64,000 nt of DNA from Pseudomonadota bacterium (GTDB lineage: Bacteria; Pseudomonadota; Alphaproteobacteria; Sphingomonadales; SMXR01): NCBI GenBank assembly GCA_022566215.1, contig JADFJJ010000003.1:2445-66444 (forward strand). Reading direction: 5' to 3'. Below, piece after piece: positions 8,736 to 14,314 of the stretch. The position numbers were made by a program, and so were the translations under genes. Positions within the stretch are counted from its first letter, which is position 1. The number at the start of each line of letters is the position of its first letter. Below the pieces are notes generated by a model. That model made no database searches and was not told where the DNA came from. It saw only the letters and a program-made list of their open reading frames with translations.

Positions 8736-8753
8736 GTACCGTTACATCAGTAC
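8736..8753. promoter_or_regulatory. GTAC-N10-GTAC element upstream of the yerC-like/trpE operon
   Basis: GTACCGTTACATCAGTAC has the same GTAC spacing as the E. coli trp operator GTACTAGTTAACTAGTAC and overlaps a CGTTA/TAACG inverted repeat. It lies about 80 nt upstream of the ATG at 8656. Confidence 0.3.
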
Positions 8754-8857
8754 ATAACGCGAGTCAATAAGTTAAAATCCGGTCAGCCTTCAAAAGACCT
8801 GATTCTTTTACCTGCTGGGGATTGGAAACGAGTTGCTCGCGGATATTATGTGAGCGG

Positions 8858-8979
8858 AAGGCTTAAATTCCGCCCAATTGATTTATACAGTGAAATGCCG
8901 GATTAGCTCAGCTGGTAGAGCAGCCGCCTTGTAAGCGGCAGGTCGCTTGAACGGTTAAGACATCCGGCACCATTTTTTT
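8858..8979 (+). repeat. 122-bp direct repeat, copy 2
   Basis: Same flank AAGGCTTAAATTCCGCCCAATTGATTTATACAGTGAAAT plus tRNA body as 5028-5149. Confidence 0.95.
8897..8972 (+). pseudogene. tRNA-Thr(UGU)-derived pseudo-tRNA with disrupted T-arm
   Basis: Identical to 5067-5142 except that the T-arm reads GCTTGAACGGTTAAGAC. The stem no longer pairs and the TTCRA loop is lost. Confidence 0.7.
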
Positions 8980-9094
8980 TGAGGAATTTACTTTTGGCTC
9001 CCGAGTGTGTTCTGGTTTTTCAAGAAGACCAGCTTTAACAATAAAAAGATGGGTGAGCGATCTTTGGCGACGCTCGCCGCCAAGCCCGGTGAGA

Positions 9095-9979
9095 TTAACA
9101 AGGCCGGCCGAATTTTACGAAACGGGAGGTTCGTATTAAGCAACACTGTGAATCAGTGATTTGATCCGCCGATCCACCGGGTTGGTCGGTCATCACGTTA
9201 TCCGGGTCTTCCGAATGCCCCCATATATCTGCAAGGTGAGCAATCTCCTGAACGACGACGCCTCCATCACCGCCACGGTCTACGGTAACCCAGTCTGTCC
9301 CGGGGTAAGCGCACCCGCTGGCGTCGATGATATCTTCAACGAAGTAGATTGTTACAGTGGAACAGCATCTGCAAGTGTTGGCGGAGAACCAGGTGAAGAA
9401 CCGTCTGAACATCCCTCCGGGTTCGCAGGTCGTTGAAGTGAGATATTCTGGTTTAACGACGATTTCGAGGTTACATACCACCAAAATAATATTGCACCGC
9501 CTGAAGATTTCAGCTGCTTTTTTCATCATTGCTTCCACGTCTGGTATGGAAATTGCCGGATTTGCAGTATCCTCTGCCAAAATCTTGACGCAAACGCCGA
9601 TATATTTGGTGGGTTTTATGCCGGCCCGGCAAAGCAGTAATGCCGGAAGCCGAATTATCCAGTCGATGACCCAACATATCCATTTAAGAATGTAGATTAC
9701 GTATTCGACTATGACTTCAATCCATTCAAAAATTCTCCGAATGACTTCTTCGCAGACCCAATCCCAGACTGTTTTCACAACCTCAATGAGTTTTGTAACC
9801 AATTTGCAAAGTTTATTAAAAGGCCAAGGCAGCCACCCACAAATTTTATTAACCACCTCTATGATGACCGTCAGGAGGGAGCTCACCCATTCACAGACGG
9901 TTTCAACGATCGTTCGGACAATGAGGATCAGAGTCCGAACCAGTGTAACGATTGGGGATAGGATTGCAGCACAAAACAT
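9095..9979 (-). CDS. Cys/Trp-rich hypothetical protein: repetitive hydrophobic N-terminal half plus metzincin-like C-terminal domain with a degenerate zinc motif
   Basis: 294 aa, with 18 Cys and about 12 Trp by my count. Repeated V-x-x-[VI]-C-x-W-[VI] units in residues about 25-120. C-terminal GCAYPG ... QEIAHLADIWGH ... NVM resembles HExxHxxGxxH plus a Met-turn, but with Q in place of the first His. Confidence 0.6.
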   Translation of the reverse strand: MFCAAILSPIVTLVRTLILIVRTIVETVCEWVSSLLTVIIEVVNKICGWLPWPFNKLCKLVTKLIEVVKTVWDWVCEEVIRRIFEWIEVIVEYVIYILKWICWVIDWIIRLPALLLCRAGIKPTKYIGVCVKILAEDTANPAISIPDVEAMMKKAAEIFRRCNIILVVCNLEIVVKPEYLTSTTCEPGGMFRRFFTWFSANTCRCCSTVTIYFVEDIIDASGCAYPGTDWVTVDRGGDGGVVVQEIAHLADIWGHSEDPDNVMTDQPGGSADQITDSQCCLIRTSRFVKFGRPC

Positions 9980-10061
9980 GGGAGGTTTCCTTGGTTGGCC
10001 GTTTATGCTCTTGTTAATTGATTTACTATTGGCGTAATTAAATTAATAATTGTGTTTTATC

Positions 10062-10144
10062 AAGGCTTATTTTGAAAACAGGCTGGTAGAGCAGCCGCCT
10101 TGTAAGCGGCAGGCCGTCTGAACGGTTAAGACATCCGGCGCCAC
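10062..10144 (+). repeat. Truncated copy 3 of the tRNA-Thr repeat
   Basis: Starts with the same AAGGCTTA as copies 1 and 2, then GCTGGTAGAGCAGCCGCCTTGTAAGCGGCAGGCCGTCTGAACGGTTAAGACATCCGGCGCCA. The acceptor and D-stem 5' half is missing. Confidence 0.85.
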
Positions 10145-10152
10145 TCAAATCT

Positions 10153-11154
10153 TCAAACCGTCACGACAATCTTGCCGATCTGCTGGTTGGATTCCATATA
10201 TTCATGGGCTTTTTGAATGTCTTCAAATTTAAAAACCCTGTCGATCACCGGAACCAGGCTTTTGGATTTCAGCCCTTCAAGGATAAACTCTTTGGCCTTG
10301 GCCAGCCGGGCTGGATCCAGGGTCACCTCGGCCAGCGTATAGCCATGGATCGTCAAACCTTTGATGAGCGAAGCAAACAGAGGAAAGATCGCCGGCCGTC
10401 CATCCAGGGCGCCGTAAACTATAATTTTTCCGCCCCGCGCCGCAGCCTCCGCCGATTGCTCCAAAAATGGCCCGGCGACCGGATCAAAGATCAGGCCGGC
10501 ACCCCGGCCTTTGGTAATTTCCATGACCCGGCCGGCAAAATTTTCATTGTCGGTTTGAATGACGTGGTCCGCCCCGGCGTCTAAAAGCGCCTGCACTTTT
10601 TTAGCCCCGCGGGTGGTGGCGATGATTTTTGCCCCCAAAATTTTTGTAATCTGGATCGCGGCCAGGCCAACGCTGCTGCTGGCCGCCGTGATCACCACCG
10701 TCTGGCCCTTCTTAAGCCCGCCGACATCAACCAAAGCCCCGTAAGCGGTGATATATTGCATCCAGATCGAGGCCCCTTGCCGGGCGCTGAAATGTTCCGG
10801 GTATCTGGCGACCAACATGGCCGGCACCACCGCGCTTTCGCCGTAAACCCCGTACCTGCTCATGGAAAATCCGGGAATGGTGCTGACCCGGTCGCCGGGC
10901 TTGAACTCGGTGACGTCCTTGCCGACCGCATCGATAATCCCCGCCGCCTCATAGCCCAGCTTAGATGGCAATTGAGGCGTCTCGAGATAAGCGCCCCTCC
11001 GGAACATCACCTCGGCGCGGTTGAGGCCGATCGCCTCGACATTAATGCGAACCTCGCCGTCTCCCGGGTTTTGCACCGGCTCCAGTTCGATTTTCAGGAC
11101 CGAGGCATCGCCGGTCTCATGGAAACGAACTACTTTTGCTTGAGATGCTGTCAT
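10153..11154 (-). CDS. Zinc-type alcohol dehydrogenase/quinone oxidoreductase family (MDR) protein
   Basis: 333 aa. GEVRINVEAIGLNRAEV and the nucleotide-binding AASSSVGLAAIQ pattern are typical of NADPH:quinone reductase-like MDRs. Confidence 0.8.
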   Translation of the reverse strand: MTASQAKVVRFHETGDASVLKIELEPVQNPGDGEVRINVEAIGLNRAEVMFRRGAYLETPQLPSKLGYEAAGIIDAVGKDVTEFKPGDRVSTIPGFSMSRYGVYGESAVVPAMLVARYPEHFSARQGASIWMQYITAYGALVDVGGLKKGQTVVITAASSSVGLAAIQITKILGAKIIATTRGAKKVQALLDAGADHVIQTDNENFAGRVMEITKGRGAGLIFDPVAGPFLEQSAEAAARGGKIIVYGALDGRPAIFPLFASLIKGLTIHGYTLAEVTLDPARLAKAKEFILEGLKSKSLVPVIDRVFKFEDIQKAHEYMESNQQIGKIVVTV

Positions 11155-11285
11155 TTTCTGCTCCCTGGCTAAATCCTATACTCCGTCACTTACCAATCAT
11201 ATAATCCATCACCCCCCTTAAAGCAGGCTTAATGGCCTTGGTGTTAGAAAATATTGCAGTGATTTTTAGTATTTTCCAGGCAAGT

Positions 11286-11603
11286 TTAATTGCTCTGCTG
11301 GCGCAGGTGATAGCGTTCGCCATCGAAACCCTTGAAAATCCGCTCGGCATCAGGGTGGACGATCCGCCTGGGCGTTTCTGCGGCTTCGAGGTTTTGCTCG
11401 GCCACATAGGTGGTGTGAAGCGCATTGTTGACCAGCACGTGATACCAGGGTTCATCCTTCGGCGGCCGGGAAAGCGCCACCTCGCGGTACCATTGCCCGG
11501 TCCCTTGAAAGCCGGGATCGACGTCGAAAATAACCCCAACATACTCAAACAGCCGGTGGTGAATGATTTGCCCGATCTGGAATTTTGCTTGGCTTTTTAA
11601 CAT
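11286..11603 (-). CDS. hspQ: Hemimethylated-DNA-binding / heat shock protein HspQ (YccV family)
   Basis: KFQIGQIIHHRLFEYVGVIFDVDP...PWYHVLV pattern. Start taken at MLKSQAKF (11603). Confidence 0.75.
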   Translation of the reverse strand: MLKSQAKFQIGQIIHHRLFEYVGVIFDVDPGFQGTGQWYREVALSRPPKDEPWYHVLVNNALHTTYVAEQNLEAAETPRRIVHPDAERIFKGFDGERYHLRQQSN

Positions 11604-11651
11604 AGCGGCCGCCAGGGCCATTCTATCATAGTCCTGGCCGGAGGGGAAACC

Positions 11652-11685
11652 GCAGCCGTCTGAGCGCTTAAGACACCCGGCGCCA
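11652..11685 (+). repeat. Copy 4: 3'-terminal fragment of the variant tRNA-Thr repeat
   Basis: GCAGCCGTCTGAGCGCTTAAGACACCCGGCGCCA aligns to the variable-loop/T-arm/acceptor 3' part of copy 3. Confidence 0.7.
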
Positions 11686-11698
11686 TTTCTTAACCTGC

Positions 11699-12250
11699 CT
11701 ATCTCACCAGTTTCAGCTTGGCCCCCTGGTGGTAATAAACCCGCCTCAGGCTGACGCTGCCGTCTTCCATCACATCGAACTTGTCGTGCATGACCTGGCG
11801 CACCACCAGGATGATCACACCCGGGGTGTCCGGCAATTGCACCCGGGCTTCAAAAATATTGGTGTCCTCGGGGTCGGGGACCGGGCCTTTATATAAGAGA
11901 TTATAGTGCGGAATCTCAGCGCCCTGATCGGGGATCGACCATGCCGGCTCGATATCGCCGCCCGCAAGGTCGGTGGTGTACAGCACCACGATTTCGCCCG
12001 GATGATAGACATAAACCTCGGCCCTGACCTCAATGACCGAGCCGGCCTTGACGGTCGCCGCCGGGGCGGCCCGGACATCAACCCCGGGCGCTCCGAAGGG
12101 GGGACTTTTCAGGGCCTTGTAATCCATTGCCTTGCCATCCAGCAGCGGGGCCGGGGTCAAAAGATCGATATGGGCGGATGCGGGAACGCTGATCAGCATC
12201 CCGGCCATTGCCGCCATGGGAAAAATAAATTTCAAAGATTTAAGAACCAT
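11699..12250 (-). CDS. Secreted protein with N-terminal His after the signal peptide; histidine-brace (LPMO-like / SCE4755-like) candidate
   Basis: Signal peptide ...SVPASA followed directly by HIDLLTPAP. Also has an internal YVYHPGEIVV and a C-terminal VYYHQGAKL, a pattern I associate with the polysaccharide-monooxygenase-like family. Confidence 0.55.
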   Translation of the reverse strand: MVLKSLKFIFPMAAMAGMLISVPASAHIDLLTPAPLLDGKAMDYKALKSPPFGAPGVDVRAAPAATVKAGSVIEVRAEVYVYHPGEIVVLYTTDLAGGDIEPAWSIPDQGAEIPHYNLLYKGPVPDPEDTNIFEARVQLPDTPGVIILVVRQVMHDKFDVMEDGSVSLRRVYYHQGAKLKLVR

Positions 12251-12360
12251 CGGAAATCCTCCTAAAACGTCCTGGGCCCACCTTACCCATTTCCGCCTGC
12301 CAGAGAAAGGCCGATAAAATTAATTATCGTCCCTGCCCCCATAAATGCTAAAATACCACT

Positions 12361-12891
12361 ATGGCTCTGGAAATTATCGAGGCGGTATTGAAAGCGGCGC
12401 TGCCGCTCGGCGTACTGTCTTATTTCTTGTTCCGCTGGTCGCTGAAAGCCGGACGGCTGGAGGGGATAAGCGGCCAGAAGGCGTTCAAGGCCGAAATGAA
12501 GGCGATGAAAAAAAGCGCGAAGAAAAAGAAAACCAGGTCCGGCAACCCGATCCATAACAAGTGGATGAAGTTCGGCGGCGGGTTTTACGGGCTGGTCGGC
12601 ATGTGGACCTTCCTGGTGATCGAGGCCCTTGAGGTTTACGACTTCGCCACCGGCTATCAGGGGATGGACGGCCTGATGAATACCCTTAACACCACATCGT
12701 TCACGGGCCTCGCGGTGGAATTTTTGGTCAATTCCATCAAAAATTTCATCACCGCCATCGTCTGGCCGGGTTACTGGCCGGGTGTGCTGGACAGCCAGCG
12801 AATTTGGATTTGGCTGATCGCCGCTTACGCCGGCTATTGGATTGGCATGAAAATCGCCCGTGGCCAGACAAACACAGGAAAAACCCTTTAG
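12361..12891 (+). CDS. Hypothetical membrane protein
   Basis: 176 aa with several hydrophobic helices and a Lys-rich loop (KKSAKKKKTRSG). Its composition is far more protein-like than the overlapping minus-strand ORF 12283..13023. Confidence 0.55.
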   Translation: MALEIIEAVLKAALPLGVLSYFLFRWSLKAGRLEGISGQKAFKAEMKAMKKSAKKKKTRSGNPIHNKWMKFGGGFYGLVGMWTFLVIEALEVYDFATGYQGMDGLMNTLNTTSFTGLAVEFLVNSIKNFITAIVWPGYWPGVLDSQRIWIWLIAAYAGYWIGMKIARGQTNTGKTL

Positions 12892-12983
12892 AACAGGAAA
12901 CACCCGCCACCAATTCTGGCAGCAGGTGTTTTCAGGAGGTGTTTTTATCGGGCAAGCGCCGTTACACAACCATCTTGCCGGGA

Positions 12984-14018
12984 TTAATCCGGATAAAGGA
13001 ACCTGACCTCGTAATCCAAACATTGCTCACTGTTCTCAGCGTTCACACAACGGCCGCCAAGGGGTAAATCGCAATGGTAAACTTGGCCCGCATCCTGCCA
13101 GTCCACTCCATCCAGTGTCCGGCACTGGATGCAGATCGGATCGGGCTCTTGCGGTAAAACCCCTTCCTTGATGAAATCACTCACGGTCTCGTAGTCACCC
13201 TTACCGCTCGGATTGTCCCGGTCAAGCCAGGATGTCCAGGCGCCGGCATAGGTCACCACAGTGAGAATCATATAATCCACCGCGGTATCGTCCTGAATAT
13301 AAACATCCAACAAATTACCGGCGTTGATACTTGAGATAATTGTCTTTCCGCTTCCGCTTGGCGGCAGATCGGCCAGATCAAGCCTGGTCACGGCGGTCTG
13401 CCCCTTTTCCCAGGTCCCGTTTGCCTCTGGCAGGTCCTTGATTGAAATTCCCCAGGCAAAGGTTGGGGATCCATTTTGGTTAAAATTGAGATGGAGCTGG
13501 TCGTTGGACGGAAGGTCCGGCCGGGCCTTGAGGCCGATTTCAAGCATGGCGCAGGTGATATCCGCCGGCAAATCGCTAAAGGTGTGCCCAAACACCCGAT
13601 TGCTGGCTGGATCATCAAACTGCCGGTTCGGGAACGCGCCATTGTTGTACTGGTCCATATGAGTCTGAAGGGCCGGACTTGGAGACGTTGCCTCAGTGCC
13701 ATCGCTGGTAACGAAATTGTCCGGATTGCCCGCATAAAAAACATTGAGCAGCTGTTCTCCGCCGCAAGACTCATCACAACAGGCAGGCAATGCGATCTCC
13801 AGCGGTCCGCGGTAGTAAGACCCATCTATATCGGCCTTGTCATTTTTGCCGCGGCGCTCGCCCTTTTTCATTTTTTGCTTTTTTTCTTTGGCGAAAGCCG
13901 GTTTTTCCACTTGTTGCTGACTGGCGCGTTCTTGAGCGCTTGCAAATTGATACGCCCCACCCAACAGCATGGATGCGGCGAGCACAGTACAAGACAGTGT
14001 AAGTAAACGTATTCTCAT
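12984..14018 (-). CDS. Secreted protein with C-terminal mucin-type WxxW (CysD-like) domain
   Basis: Signal peptide (start taken at MRIRLLTL, 14018). The C-terminal 87 aa read WTSWLDRDNPSGKGDYET...ICIQC...GGRCVNAENSEQCLDYEVRF, matching the WxxW-repeat domain pattern as I remember it. Confidence 0.65.
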   Translation of the reverse strand: MRIRLLTLSCTVLAASMLLGGAYQFASAQERASQQQVEKPAFAKEKKQKMKKGERRGKNDKADIDGSYYRGPLEIALPACCDESCGGEQLLNVFYAGNPDNFVTSDGTEATSPSPALQTHMDQYNNGAFPNRQFDDPASNRVFGHTFSDLPADITCAMLEIGLKARPDLPSNDQLHLNFNQNGSPTFAWGISIKDLPEANGTWEKGQTAVTRLDLADLPPSGSGKTIISSINAGNLLDVYIQDDTAVDYMILTVVTYAGAWTSWLDRDNPSGKGDYETVSDFIKEGVLPQEPDPICIQCRTLDGVDWQDAGQVYHCDLPLGGRCVNAENSEQCLDYEVRFLYPD

Positions 14019-14099
14019 TGGAACCTCCCCCAGGGTATGGACCAAAATACTTTTATTAGAGTGTATTTATGGTTGTTTTACTTGCGTAGTACTCTCATA

Positions 14100-14125
14100 A
14101 TAGTATATATTTGTCAATATACTAT
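14100..14125. promoter_or_regulatory. Inverted repeat ATAGTATAT-N8-ATATACTAT upstream of the WxxW-domain gene
   Basis: Perfect 9-bp arms, about 80-105 nt upstream of the ATG at 14018, in an AT-rich intergenic region. Confidence 0.3.
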
Positions 14126-14314
14126 CGAACAGCGGTTGTGTTTAGAAATCGGCGGTAGGGCAGGTTTTTGCAAGAAGTAGCAAGAAGTAGATTGTATCCC
14201 GCTGCCAGAAAAAATCTCCTGGCTGCAGGTTAACGTTTTGATGGCCAGCCGGAATACTGCGCCTCAGGACCAAGGCTTTAGCTAAATCATCATCAGGAAG
14301 TTTTATTGACCTAA

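Noticed and set aside
8897-8972. A second functional tRNA-Thr gene
   Set aside because: The acceptor, D and anticodon arms are intact, but the T-arm (GCTTGAACGGTTAAGAC) cannot form a 5-bp stem and lacks the TTCRA loop. I therefore called it a pseudo-tRNA pending covariance-model scoring.
12283-13023. 246-aa minus-strand ORF
   Set aside because: It overlaps the plus-strand membrane-protein ORF 12361..12891, whose helices and charged loop look genuine. The minus-strand translation is Gly/Pro/Arg/His-rich and featureless.
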